Positions 36,413 through 48,500 are shown, counted from the first letter of the stretch. The stretch: DNA of 64,000 bases from Planctomycetota bacterium (GCA_038227875.1 JBBRPR010000013.1:96001-160000); one strand, 5' to 3'. Numbers and translations: made by a program. The notes: a model not told the origin generated them from the letters alone.

Positions 36413-38068
36413 GTGTCGACTGAACGCATTTCTGTACGCAAGACCGGGGTTGCCAACCCGAAGATTCTCATCGCCGATGCCTTAAGCGAACGCGGCGGCG
36501 CGATCCTGAAAGAGGGCGGCCTGACCGTCGAGACGCGCACGGGCCTCAAGGAAGACGAGCTCTGCGCGATTATCGGCGATTACGAAGGACTGATCGTGCG
36601 TTCCGCCACGACCGTCACGCCCAAAGTGATTTCGCACGCCAAAAAGATGCAGGTGATCGGACGCGCCGGCGTCGGCGTCGACAACATCGACCTGAAGGCC
36701 GCGACGCAGGCCGGCATCATCGTGCAGAACACGCCGTTGGGGAACATCACCTCCGCCGCCGAACATGCCGTGGCGCTGCTCTTCCCATCGGTGAGAAATA
36801 TTCCGCGCGCCGACAAAGAGATGAAGGCCGGCAAGTGGCCGAAGAAGGGCCTGACCGGCGTCGAGCTGACGTCCAAGACGATCGGCATCATGGGCATGGG
36901 CAAGGTCGGAGGCATCGTCGCGCGCGTCGCCAAGGCGCTGGACATGACCATCATTGTCTACGATCCGTACCTGACCGACCGTAAGGCCGAAGACCTCGGC
37001 GTCACCAAATGCGATCTGGATAAGTTGCTGAAAGAGTCCGACTTCATCACCGTCCACACACCGCTGACGCCGGAAACGAAAGGCTTGATCAATCTCGACA
37101 AGCTCAAGCTGATGAAGAAATCGGCGCGCATCATCAACGCGGCGCGCGGCGGTATCGTCAACGAGGCGGATCTCGCGCAGGCGCTGAAGGACGGCGTGAT
37201 CGCCGGCGCGGCGCTGGATGTCTTCGAGGCCGAACCCCTGGCCGCCGATTCGCCTCTGCGCGGAATTGAGAACGTGGTGCTGACGCCGCATCTCGGCGCA
37301 AGCACGGAAGAAGCGCAGGAACGCGTGGCCGAAGACGTGGCGCGACAGTTCGTCGATTTCTTCCGCGACGGCGTGATCCGCAACGCGGTGAATCTCGCCG
37401 TCGTCCTCGACCCCAAGATCGCACCGTACGCGCGGCTGGCTGAACTGATGGCCAACATGGCCGCGCAGATGGCCAACGCGCCGATCACCAGCGTCAAAGT
37501 CGGCGTCTACGGCAAACTCGCGGCGGGCGACACACGCGAGCTGGGATTGAGCGCCCTGAAAGGACTGCTGGCGAAGAGCACCGGCTACCCCGTCACGCTG
37601 GTCAATGCGCCGGGTCTGGCTGAAGCACGCGGCATCGAACTGATCGAGCACAAAAGCGAACAGGCGCGCAATTACCAGACGCTGCTGGTCGTCTCCGCCG
37701 TCACGGAAGGTCCCGGCGGCACGGTCGAACGCACACTGGCCGGCACCTGCTTCGATGGCCAGGAAGGGCGCATCGTCCGCATCAACGATTTCGAAATCGA
37801 TCTGAAGCCCGCGCCGGTGATCCTGCTGATGCTCTATCCCGACCGCCCCGGCATGGTCGGCAAAATCGGAACGATCCTCGGCGAAGCGGACATCAACATC
37901 GCCAGCATGGCCGTCGGCCGTCGCGAAAAGCGCGGACAAGCCGCCGTAGCGCTGACGCTCGACGATGCCGTCACGCCGGAAATTCAGGCGCGCATCCGCC
38001 AGGCAATCACCGTGGAGGAATTGTTCGCGATCGAACTGCCGTCGCTGAACAAGAATCACGGCCACTAG
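36413..38068 (+). CDS. serA: D-3-phosphoglycerate dehydrogenase (with ASB and ACT domains)
   Basis: IVRSAT, GRAGVGVDNID, GMGKVG, INAARGG, TPHLGAST and DRPGMVG motifs; GTG start after GGAGG. Confidence 0.95.
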   Translation: MSTERISVRKTGVANPKILIADALSERGGAILKEGGLTVETRTGLKEDELCAIIGDYEGLIVRSATTVTPKVISHAKKMQVIGRAGVGVDNIDLKAATQAGIIVQNTPLGNITSAAEHAVALLFPSVRNIPRADKEMKAGKWPKKGLTGVELTSKTIGIMGMGKVGGIVARVAKALDMTIIVYDPYLTDRKAEDLGVTKCDLDKLLKESDFITVHTPLTPETKGLINLDKLKLMKKSARIINAARGGIVNEADLAQALKDGVIAGAALDVFEAEPLAADSPLRGIENVVLTPHLGASTEEAQERVAEDVARQFVDFFRDGVIRNAVNLAVVLDPKIAPYARLAELMANMAAQMANAPITSVKVGVYGKLAAGDTRELGLSALKGLLAKSTGYPVTLVNAPGLAEARGIELIEHKSEQARNYQTLLVVSAVTEGPGGTVERTLAGTCFDGQEGRIVRINDFEIDLKPAPVILLMLYPDRPGMVGKIGTILGEADINIASMAVGRREKRGQAAVALTLDDAVTPEIQARIRQAITVEELFAIELPSLNKNHGH

Positions 38069-38080
38069 TTTACCAAATCT

Positions 38081-38144
38081 GAAACGCGCTGTTGTACGCC
38101 GCATCCACACCGTGGAAATCGGCGTACAACAGCGCGTTTCTTTT
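38081..38144 (+). terminator. Long stem-loop/terminator after serA
   Basis: 21-bp perfect stem GAAACGCGCTGTTGTACGCCG/CGGCGTACAACAGCGCGTTTC followed by TTTT. Confidence 0.75.
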
Positions 38145-38244
38145 GCTCCATCTGCTCAATTTCACACTGAATTGGCCTGTCATGGTGTAGGTAGTCACGT
38201 CGTTACTGATGATGACTTCGACTGCTGCCGGAATACGAAAACGA

Positions 38245-40704
38245 ATGCACGACCGCTCGCGACTGACGTTGCTTGTTCTGATCGCCTCATCTCTTCTTAC
38301 AATCCACGCCTTCGCGCAGGATGCGCAGCAACTTCCCGATGACCTGAAGAAACGCCTGATCGACGAAATCGACGGCATGAAAAAGGCCGGCGAAAAGCCC
38401 AAGGCCTGGCTGGACGTTTTCGGTGAGAAAGCCGAGCGCCCGATTGACGGCGCGGACGCCAAGGCGCTGACCGTGCTCGTGCAGGGCAATCCGTTTCCCG
38501 TAAGCTGGGAGAAACTCTGCGCCAGCGACACGCTGGTGGTCGCGCGCTCGGTTGCGCAGGGAAATGGCGAGCGGCTGCTTCTCGCCGCGGAAATCGCGCT
38601 CGCCTACGGCAATAACGATCAGGCCTCCGATCTGGCCCTCCAGGCCGGGCAAGCCGCGGGAACAGATGCGGCGCTCGCGGAAAAAGTGAAGGCACTGGCG
38701 GCGCGCATTCCTGCCCACGCGGCCACGCCTGCAGCCACATCAGACCAGCCGCACACGGGAACGCCAACTGCCACACAGAACACTGGCATGTCAACCAGCG
38801 TGGTGCCGAAGCGCTCCGGTTCCGCGCGCAAGGAACGGCCGCGTGTGCTCATGGATGCTCCTCGCCTGGCCGCGGTTCGAGCCAAGTCCGGGAATCCGGA
38901 TGGCAAGCGCTTTCTCAATTACATCAGCAAGGGCGTTACCGATCAGGAATCGATCGCATACCCGCTGGCCTATCTGATGACCAACGACGAACAGTATTCG
39001 CGCCAGGCCATGGACATCATTCAAAAGTACGTCGACCGTGGCCCGCTCAAGGATCTCAACCAGATCGGTGAGTTGGGATTCTCCGGCATCGTCTACGATT
39101 GGTGCCACGACAAGCTCTCCGAAGATAAACGCAAGACGTGGCAGACGTGGATGCTGAAGAGCTATGACAATTACAAAGACCAGTACATGGTCGGCTACCA
39201 CAACTACATGATGCGTTGCGCGTGGGCGTTTGCGCTCGTCGGTTACGCGCTGGAAGGGGACAACCCGCGCGCGGCCGAGTTGCTCGAAAACGCGTACGTT
39301 CAGCGCTGGAGCAAACGGATTCTGCCCGCCTGCAAGGCCGGTCTCGTTGGCGGGGCATGGGCCGAAGGCGAAGGCTACGGCTCGACGACGGCCATTGCGC
39401 TGCTGGAACTTGCCGAAGCGGCGCGCTGCGCGGAAGGCAAGGATCTCTATTCGGAAGCGCCGGAATTCTTCGCGGGACGGCTGGCCTTCGAAATGTTCCT
39501 CGAAGAGCCCGGCGTGCTCGACGGAGGACGGCGTCTGTGGATCAACGGCGACATGAAGCGCGTCCGCAATTGGGACGATGTCCTGGAACAGCGCCTGTTC
39601 CTCCAGGATGCGCTGCGCGGAACGGATCTCGCCGCGTACGCGCAGGCCTACGCGGAATCCGCCGCCGCACCCAAGTGCCAGTACAACTCGATGAACTTCG
39701 TCGATGTCCTCTGGCGCGACCGCACCGCACCGCAAAAGCCGTTGGAGACCTTCAAGCTTTCGCATCTCGCCGCGGGTCGCGGCACGGTCCTGATGCGCAG
39801 CGACTGGACCGAGAACGCCACGCACGTTGGCTTCGTAGCCGGACCACTGATCACCGCCTCGCACGCGCACGCTGACGCGGGGCATTTCACGATCTGGAAA
39901 GACGATGAGCTGGCGTCACAGGCCGGCGATTACCGCGGCACCACCGGCCCCTGGCCGCTCGATGCCTACAAGCGCACCGTTGCCCACAACACGCTGCTGA
40001 TCTACGACCCGGCTGAGAAATTCGAGGTCCGCCACACGCCCTCGCTGAACGACGGCGGCCAGCTCTGGAACGATGAAGAGGAGTACCTCGGCGGCGCGAA
40101 GATCGTCGCCTACGACGCGCGACGCACGTACACCTATGTCTGCGCCGACCTGACGCCGGCGTACTCCAAAAATAAGGCTGCGGTCGTGCGGCGGCAGTTC
40201 CTCTATTTACGTCCGTGTACGATCATCGTGCTCGATCGCGTCATCAGCACGCATCCGGAATTCCAGAAAGTCTGGCAGTGCTACCTGTCCGGGGTGGCGA
40301 CGGTAACCGGCAACGCGTTCGCCACGACTCACAACAAGGGAAAGTTGAAGGCCGAAGCGCTGCTTCCCACCGATGCCAAGGTCACGCTGCTCGGCGGCCA
40401 GGACAAGGCGCTCAACGTCTTCGGCAAGAGCATCGCGCAGCCGGCTGAGCGAAATTCCGATTCCGGACCCCAGTGGCGCGTGGAGATCAAGCCCGGTGCC
40501 GCGCGCGCCTCGGACACGTTTCTTGTCGTTCTTCACGCCTACGATGGCGCCGAACCGGCCGCCGCGACTTGTAAAGATGGCGGCTCTCAAATAACAATCA
40601 GCATTCCCGGTTTCGGCGATGTGGTCTTGAACGCCGATGGCTCGCCCGGCGGTTCGGTCGCCGGCAAAGCGCTGGCGCAGACCGTCGTCGCGAAAGAAGA
40701 GTGA
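38245..40704 (+). CDS. Secreted heparinase II/III-like polysaccharide lyase-family protein
   Basis: Signal peptide; YHNY, GGAWAEGEGY, MRSDW, HAHADAGHF, AHNTLLI and QWRVEI motifs. Confidence 0.75.
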   Translation: MHDRSRLTLLVLIASSLLTIHAFAQDAQQLPDDLKKRLIDEIDGMKKAGEKPKAWLDVFGEKAERPIDGADAKALTVLVQGNPFPVSWEKLCASDTLVVARSVAQGNGERLLLAAEIALAYGNNDQASDLALQAGQAAGTDAALAEKVKALAARIPAHAATPAATSDQPHTGTPTATQNTGMSTSVVPKRSGSARKERPRVLMDAPRLAAVRAKSGNPDGKRFLNYISKGVTDQESIAYPLAYLMTNDEQYSRQAMDIIQKYVDRGPLKDLNQIGELGFSGIVYDWCHDKLSEDKRKTWQTWMLKSYDNYKDQYMVGYHNYMMRCAWAFALVGYALEGDNPRAAELLENAYVQRWSKRILPACKAGLVGGAWAEGEGYGSTTAIALLELAEAARCAEGKDLYSEAPEFFAGRLAFEMFLEEPGVLDGGRRLWINGDMKRVRNWDDVLEQRLFLQDALRGTDLAAYAQAYAESAAAPKCQYNSMNFVDVLWRDRTAPQKPLETFKLSHLAAGRGTVLMRSDWTENATHVGFVAGPLITASHAHADAGHFTIWKDDELASQAGDYRGTTGPWPLDAYKRTVAHNTLLIYDPAEKFEVRHTPSLNDGGQLWNDEEEYLGGAKIVAYDARRTYTYVCADLTPAYSKNKAAVVRRQFLYLRPCTIIVLDRVISTHPEFQKVWQCYLSGVATVTGNAFATTHNKGKLKAEALLPTDAKVTLLGGQDKALNVFGKSIAQPAERNSDSGPQWRVEIKPGAARASDTFLVVLHAYDGAEPAAATCKDGGSQITISIPGFGDVVLNADGSPGGSVAGKALAQTVVAKEE

Positions 40705-42446
40705 ATGTACGTCTTCCAATGCGGAGTGCCTTGATGCTCACCTTGCAGGATAAGTCCGTCCGTTACCTGGCTTCACACGCTGATGAAATCCTGGGCAAGC
40801 AGAACGAGGCGGGAGAATTCTGGCCCGATTCCGGATTTCGCGCGCACTTCAACACCGACTACCAGCAGTTTGCCTACTATCCCCTCGCCTACCTCTTTAC
40901 ACTAAAGCACGCGGAAAATCCGTGGTTTGAGCATCCGCGCCTGCTGGCCGCCGTCACGCGTTCACTGAAAAATAATCTCGCGATCCAGCAGCCCGACGGC
41001 ACGTTTCTCGGCAGTTCCCACGACGCGGCGCCCCAGCCGTACGCCAACAACTGGCGCAGCTTTACGTTCCTGAGGACGTGGGAACTGATGCGCGGCCACA
41101 TCGGCAAAGACCTGGAGTCGCAATGCGAACAAGGCCTGCGCAAGTCGCTGGTCGCGATTGAAAAACACACGCGGCACGAAACCAGCGAAGCGCGCTTCTG
41201 CCGCAATCACAACGTCCGCAATCACCCGATCTGGTATCTGCTCGCCACGTATTCACTCGGCCGGGCCTTCAACGACGAGAAAGCCACAGCGTTCGCCACG
41301 GAACAGTTCGAGCGCGTCTGCGCGGCGCAGCATCCCGCGGGTCTCTGGTTTGAGCACAACGGCCCGGTCGCCGTCTACCAGCATGTTTCGATGAGCGGCC
41401 TGTCGCACTACCACACGCTGAGCGGCTCGCCGGCGGCGCGCGTGGCGCTTGAGAAATGTCTCGAATACTTCCGCGTCTTTACCTATCCCAGCGGACATCC
41501 CGTCGAAGTGCTCGACGGCCGCGTGCGCTATACCGGCTACGTAATGTCGATTCATCCCGCGCAGTGGAGCCAGTCGGCCGCCGGCCGCAGCCATCTTCAT
41601 TTTCTGCTCGACCAACTGCTCGCGGCGCCGCTCGGACCCGGCTACCAGACGCACGGCAGTTGGCTGGGCCTGCCGTTCTTCACACAGTTCACGCGCGATC
41701 TTCCCGCCACGGAACCCGCGGAAGCATTGCCGCCGCCGCTGGCCGGAGACGGCGTCCACGAACTTCCGCAACTGCCCGTCCGGTTGATCCGCAAAGGTCC
41801 GTGGACGGTGACGCTCTCCGGCTTCACGCGCCCCGAAGCGCCGCGCAACCGCTGGGAACTCGATTTCCAGACGCACGTCTCCGTTCATCACGCGAAGGCG
41901 GGCCTGATCATCGGCGGCGGAGGCGGGAAGCGGCAGGCCGCGCTCTCGCAGTTCACCGCCGGCAGCCGGCCGCTCGGCCTGCCGTGCCTGGCGCTCGACG
42001 GTTCCGCGGAATCCTCCGGCGTGGCCTCGGCGCGGTTGAAACTCAATTACTCCGGCTTCACCGCCAGTGTCAACGCCGCGATCGACGGCGATGGCGTGAA
42101 CCTCGCCTTTTCCGTTACTCAGAAGACGGGCGAGGCGGACCCGTCGCCCATTTTCCTGCAGCTAACCTCCCCGATGAAAGGATCCGCCCCGATCGTCACC
42201 GAAAAAGGCGCACGCCCCGAAATGGATCTGCAGGACGAATTGCTTCCCGACGAGATCGGCACGTGGATCGGCCGTGAGGGACTCTACAAGATCTCCGGCG
42301 TGGACGGCGCGCGCGGTCTGCTTCACGTCCTGCCCTACAACACCCACTGGCGCGACGGCCGCGCGCCCGCGGAGAAAGCGATGAGCGTCGTGGCACTGCC
42401 GATCGGCCCAGACTCGCCGCGCCAGATCCGCATTACCGCTGAGTAG
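40701..42446 (+). CDS. Hypothetical protein, probable alpha/alpha-toroid (lyase-like) fold
   Basis: 581-aa ORF overlapping the previous stop (GTGA); QHPAGLWFEHNGP...Y and DGR motifs; no signal peptide. The start may be slightly downstream. Confidence 0.6.
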   Translation: MNVRLPMRSALMLTLQDKSVRYLASHADEILGKQNEAGEFWPDSGFRAHFNTDYQQFAYYPLAYLFTLKHAENPWFEHPRLLAAVTRSLKNNLAIQQPDGTFLGSSHDAAPQPYANNWRSFTFLRTWELMRGHIGKDLESQCEQGLRKSLVAIEKHTRHETSEARFCRNHNVRNHPIWYLLATYSLGRAFNDEKATAFATEQFERVCAAQHPAGLWFEHNGPVAVYQHVSMSGLSHYHTLSGSPAARVALEKCLEYFRVFTYPSGHPVEVLDGRVRYTGYVMSIHPAQWSQSAAGRSHLHFLLDQLLAAPLGPGYQTHGSWLGLPFFTQFTRDLPATEPAEALPPPLAGDGVHELPQLPVRLIRKGPWTVTLSGFTRPEAPRNRWELDFQTHVSVHHAKAGLIIGGGGGKRQAALSQFTAGSRPLGLPCLALDGSAESSGVASARLKLNYSGFTASVNAAIDGDGVNLAFSVTQKTGEADPSPIFLQLTSPMKGSAPIVTEKGARPEMDLQDELLPDEIGTWIGREGLYKISGVDGARGLLHVLPYNTHWRDGRAPAEKAMSVVALPIGPDSPRQIRITAE

Positions 42447-42447
42447 C

Positions 42448-42481
42448 AACGAAAACTCCCGCTTACGCGGGAGTTCTCGTT
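42448..42481. terminator. Bidirectional intrinsic terminator
   Basis: AACGAAAACTCCCGC-ttac-GCGGGAGTTCTCGTT between convergent genes. Confidence 0.8.
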
Positions 42482-42501
42482 ACTCGACTATTGCTTGAAC
42501 C

Positions 42502-45500
42502 TTACCGTTTCGCGCCGGCCAGACGTCCCGTGCCATTCTTCGCCAGGAAGCCGGCGGAGATCAAGGAAGCATACGAGAGGCTCTGGTCGATCAGCAGCGC
42601 GACCTGAACATTGAGCGGCTGCAGCGCGCCGTTCTTGCCTGTGGCACCAAACGTGGCCACCACGCCGCTGGAATCGAATCCACCCTGCGACATGTTGGGG
42701 AACGTCACCATCGTGCTCAGCACCGCGCGCTGATTTTTGACGTCCAGAATAAAGCGGAAGAGCTTCGCGGCTTTCGGACCATGATCGACACCCAGCGCGT
42801 CGACCACGCTGGTGGCCGTGCCCTTGCCCTTCGCGTCAACTGTGCCGGAAATAATGATGTTGCCCAGCCCGACGTGGAAGCTGTGCGTGCCGGTGGGATA
42901 GTCGGACGGGTTGAGCGGGAAGCGTCCGCGGAAGACGACGCTGTCCTTTGACTTCGGCTTGTTGAACGCAAACCGGCCGATGATGAAGCTCTGATCCGAT
43001 TTGAACGCGGCGATGTTCTTACGCTCGCCGCCCAGCGTTTCGTTGAGCGTGATCGGCACCATCTTGCGCACGGTGTTTCCCACCGAGTCGGTGGCCTTCA
43101 CCACGAAGATGCCGGGCTTGGAGAACAGCGCGAAGAACGTCAGCCCCTTGATTGTGCCCTGCGGCGAGACGCCATCGCTGGGTTCGATCGTCGAGGTCAC
43201 AGCGCCCACCGCACCGGTGATGCTGAAGCGCACCGCGCCTTTGGAGCCCTTCGACGCGATGGTCAGGTTGCTGATCGGATTGTCGGTGGTGATGTCGTCG
43301 ACGACGCTGACGACGTTGCCGAACGGATTGAGCAGCTTGATCGAGACCTGCTGCACGACCTTGCCGGCCGACGGTCCGCGCACGGGATCGGTAATCGTGA
43401 CAGTGGCGGTCACCTGCACGGTGCCGTCCGCCGCGAACGCCGACTTGGGGAAGCTGTCGAGCGGATACGTGTGCGTGACGGTCTGGCCGCTGGCAGTGAC
43501 GCCGTCGCCGAAATCCCAGGCGAAGTTCAGTGCGTCGCCGTCCTGGTCGAGACCGCCCATGCCCAGCGTCGTGATGGTGAACGATTCTTCCGTATCGAAG
43601 CCGATCGGGTTGAGTCCCAGCACGATGCCATTGCCATCGGTGCGCGGCGGAGTATTGATGCTGACGCCCAGTGTACTGATCACCGGCGCGCCACCGCGGC
43701 CATCGTTGACCGTCACCTTCACGGTCAAGTTTCCGGCCGCGGCAAATTGATGCGTGATGAAATTCGTCGCGCCGGTGGTCGTCGCCGTCGTACCGTCTCC
43801 AAAATCCCAGGTGTACGTGAGCACATTCGCGGCCACCGGGAACGGCGGATTGAGATCCAGATCTGTGACGCTGACGGAGAACGTCTGCGTCTGACCCGGC
43901 AAACCGACACCAGGGATCTGATCGGTGGCGAACGCCGGATCGAAGGCAACCGATAGCGGCGAAGCCAGTAGTGGGGCGGCGTTGATCTTGATCTGCTTGC
44001 CTGGGAAGTTCGGCATCGGCGTGGTCAGGATCAGGCTGTTGCCGACGTTGTCTCCAGCCACCGCACCGACGCCCAGCGAGACCGTAGCGGCCGCGACGTT
44101 GAGATTGTCGCTGGGATCGCTGGCCGACGTTTCCTGTGCGCCAACGGTGTAGGTGACGTTAACATTGTTGGCCGGCCCGAACGGCGGAATGCTCAGCACC
44201 ACGCCTGTATCCAGCGGAATCAACAGATTGCCGCCCGTCAGCGTAACGTTCTTGGTGAACTGAACGTTGACCACGAGGCTGTCGCCGGCGTTGTAGACGC
44301 CATCCGGCGCAACGGAGGTAATGCCGATGATCGCCGGCTTCGTCTTGACGATGTCATAGGTCGAGGTACCGGGGAAGGTCATGGTGAAGCCGGTCACGAA
44401 GGCATTGCCCGCGGCGTCCACGATCGTGGTACCTGCCGCGGGAACGTTGAGGCCAAGCGTACCGTCGCCGGAACCGGTGTTAAGCGTGATCGTGTAGGTC
44501 GTACCGCTGCCGGAGACGTTGGAGACCGAGAATCCCGCAATCGGAAAGAGCGAACCGGCCAGCGGCGCCGACGGGATCGTGAAATCCGCCGCGACGACGT
44601 TGAGCACCGACTTGCTGAAGACCACGGTGTACTGCACCGCCGCCAGATTGGTCGGCGAGGAATTCACACGCGTGACGGTCAAGACCGTCGGCGGGACGGT
44701 ATCAAAGAGAACTGTGCCCGTGTTCGAGGCCAGCGTGTTGGCCGTGCCCTGCGCGTCGGTAACGCCACTGCCGCCGGCGCCGGATTTCACCTGCAGCGTC
44801 ACATTAGTGGCCGGATTGCTCGTCGCTCCGGTAACGGTCACCACGTAAACGCTCGGTCCACCCGTGATGGTCTGGACTGTTCCATTGGTCGTCGTCACCG
44901 ACGACGAGGTGAATCCCGTGACTGCCTTGTTGAAGGTGACGGTGAAGACAATCGTGCCGTTGTTGGTCGGATTGGCCTGGCCCGGCGTGGTGATCGCGAC
45001 CGTCGGTCCCAGACCATCGTCGTTCAAGGCGATGTTGCCCTGCCCCAGCGTCAGCGACGGCGAGGACGGCGAGACGTTGGTTCCCACGAAGGAAATTCCA
45101 TTCGGCGGGCCGACAGGAGTCGTGTCAATGGTGTTGCTGACCGTCAGCGTGTTCGGCAGCGCGCTGACGCTGACGTTCTTGCCGCTGGTCTTGATGCCAC
45201 TGGTCGCGCCGACCGTGCCGACCGTCAGCGCCGAACCGTTGAACACCGAAAGCGCGCCATTGATATTCGCCGCGAGCGTGCCGATGGCGTTCGACTTGGT
45301 CAGCGTCATCGTGCCCGCTCCGGTCAGGAGCAGATTCGTGGCGGTAACGATTCCGCCGGTCTGATTCACACCGCCGACGGTGACATTGAGTGTCAATGTG
45401 GTTGTTACTGACACGTTGAACCCGAGCGTCAGGATCTTGCTGGCATTCACGGTCAGATTGGTGAGCGGCGTGGCTCCAACGATTCCGCCAAGCGTCACGC

Positions 45501-48500
45501 CCTTCGTGGCGGTGGTCGCGTTGAGTGTCAGGGACCGCGCGCCATCGATCGTGCTGGAGAAAATCACATTTCCGGTCGACGACGTCAACGTGGGATTGGC
45601 GCCCAGCGTCACGGCGCCAGTGTAGGTCTGATCGCCCGTGGTCGAGATCGCGGTCGTGTTGATCGCCGTCGCCACCGAGACGCTCAAGCTGGAAAGCGGA
45701 GTCGTTCCACCCACCAGGCCGCCGAAGGACGCACCGCCGGTGATCGCGACAACCATTCCAGCCGCCGACCCGTCCAGTGTGCTGGCGAAGCTGACCGTCG
45801 AGCCGGTGAACGTCGTGGTCGCAGCAGCAACGGTCAGAGCGTTGTTGAAATTCTGCGCGCCGCTGGTCTTAACGGTCGCCGTCGTCACCGCCGTGGTCGC
45901 GCCACCGCCAGTGATGGTCAGACTCGTCAGTGGTGTGGTGTTACCGATCGTGGAATTGATGTTCACCGCGCCGGTCGTCGTGACGATCAAGCTGTTGCTG
46001 CCATCCACCGCGCCGCCGAAGGTAATCGCCGTGCCGCCGCTGTCCGACAACGTGCTGGCGCTGCCCACAGTCACCGCAGCGTACGTCTGTCCGGCGGCCG
46101 TGCTCACGGTTGCGCCGTTGAGAATGGTAAGTCCCGTCGCCGACAGAGCGCCGTCGCAGGTGAGCGCGTCGGCCAGCGTCAGGCTGGTGGAGGCCTGGTT
46201 GCGCAGATCAAAGAAATGTTCGCCGCCGCTGGTCAGCGACTGGGTCGTGCCATTAAAGGTGACCTTGCCGCCGTTGGCCGTGAACGAGCCCCCCGTGCGC
46301 GACCAGTTACCGGAGACCGTGAAACTCACGCCGAAGCCGGGAGCTGTAAAATTGCCGCCGGCAAGCGTCAGGTTGTTGAACGAAACCGCCAGCCCGCCCG
46401 CCGTGAATGCACCGCTGGTTTGCTTGAATGTTCCGGCAAGCGCCAATGCGTTGGTAACCAACCCCAGTCCGGTGCTCTGGTTGTCGATGTCGAAGAACGA
46501 TTGCCCGCCGCTGTTGAGCGACTGCGCCGCGCCGCCGTTGAAGGTCACCTTGCCGCCATTGGCCGTAAACGCGCCGCCCGACCGCGACCAGTTTCCAGAG
46601 ACCGTGAAACTCCCGGTGGAGTTGGGCGCGGTCAAGGTTCCACCCGTGATCGTCACGTTATTCGCGGTGATCGACAGCGCGCCCCCCGAGAACGTTCCAC
46701 TGGATTGCGAGAATGTTCCAGTGCTCGTCACGCCCGTGGTCAGCAGCGACAAGCCGCCGGTGCTCTGGTTGTCGAAATCGAAAAACGCCTGCCCGCCGCT
46801 GTTGAGCGTCTGCGCCGCTCCGCCGTTGAACGTTACCTTGCCGCCGTTGGCCGTGAATGTGCCGGCCGAGTAGGTCCAATTTCCTGAGACCGTGAAACTC
46901 GTCCCGGTGGGCGGCGCCGTAAATGTGCCGCCGGCAATCGCGACGTTCTTGGCGGTAATCGCCAGTGCTCCCGCAGTGAAGGAGCCGCTGGTCTGCGTAA
47001 ACGTTCCGGTGCTCGTCAAGCCCGTGGTCAGCAGCGACAGTCCGCCGACGGTGTTCTGGTTATCGAGATCGAAGAACGTTTGCCCGCCACTATTGAGCGT
47101 CTGCGCCGCGCCGCCATTGAACGTCACCTTGCCGCTGTTGTGTGTGAATATTCCCGTCGGCGTGCGCGACCAGTTACCGGAGACCGTGAAACTCGTACCG
47201 GCCGGCGGCGCTGTAAATGTGCCGCCGGTAATTGAGACGTTCTTCGTCGTGATCGACTGCGCGCCGGGCGTAAACGCACCGCTGGTCTGCGAGAGTGTTC
47301 CCGCGATCGTGACGCCCGTGGTCAGCAGCGACAGTCCGCCGGTGCTCTGAACGTCGAGATCGAAAAACGACTGCCCGCCGCTATTTAGGGTTTGTGCGGT
47401 TCCGCCGTTGAAGGTCACCATGCCGCTATTGGCGGCGAACGCGCCGCCTGTGTACGTCCAGTTCCCGGAGACCAGGAAGCTTACACCCACATTCGGCGCC
47501 GTGAGCGTTCCGCCCGCGATCGTGACATTCTTGGCCGTCACCGTTCGGGCGCCCGCGGTAAACAACCCGCTGGTCTGCGAAAACGTTCCGGCGCTCGTTA
47601 CACCCGTGCTTTGAAGAGCGAGCCCGGCGCTCTGAACGTCGAGATCGAAGAACGCCTGCCCGCCGCTGTTAAGCGTCTGCGCCGCTCCGCCGTTGAACGT
47701 AACCTTGCCGTTGTTGTGCGAGAACGTGCCGGCCGTATAGACCCAGTTACCGGAAACAGTGAAACTGGCTCCGGCGGACGGTGCGGTAAACGTACCAAGC
47801 ACGATGGAAACATTTTTCGCGGTGATTGCATTGGCGCCCGCCGAGAACGAACCGCTGGTCTGCGAGAGCGTGCCGGCGCTGTTGACAGCCGCACTGAGCG
47901 TCAAGCCGCCGGCGCTTTGAACGTCAAGATCGAAGAACGTTTTCCCGCCGCTGTTCAGTGTCTGCGGCGAGCCGCCATTGAAAATCACCTTGCCGCTATT
48001 GTTGGTGAATGTGCCGCTGCCGGCGAAGCTCCAGTTTCCGCCCACCTTCATCGAGAACGCGGACGTCGGCGCGATCAGGTTGCCGGAGGTGTTGATGTCG
48101 ACGTTGCCCGTGACGGTGAGATTGTTACTCAGCGCCTTGAACGTGCCGCCCGTAACCGTCAGGCTTGAGCAGGTTGCGGCGTTGCTGTTGGTGTCGAACG
48201 TCCCGGTCTGCACGGTGATCGCGCCAGCGTTCAACGTGATGCCGCTGAGCGACGCACCCGCGGCGTTGTTGAGTGTAATTGCAGCAAACGAGCCGCCGCC
48301 CTGGAGTGTCTGCGCCGCAGCGCCTTGCAGCAGAAGCGATGTGCCCGCTGCCCAGCTGCCGCCGAGGTTGCTCACGATTGTGCCCGGAAAAACGACCGTA
48401 GTCGTACCCAGTACTTGTCCAGCATTTACCAGGGTGCTGGCGGTCCCAACGATGTTGAGATTGTAGCCTTGGTTTGCGTCATCAACGGATGCCCCTGAGT

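Noticed and set aside
35239..38068. ltaE/serA as precursor-supply genes of the biosynthetic cluster
   Set aside because: Separated from it by terminators and unrelated genes; they look like ordinary housekeeping enzymes.
46165..48078. Possible CRISPR or non-coding repeat array
   Set aside because: The repeats are ~290-bp, in-frame, degenerate coding units without unique spacers.
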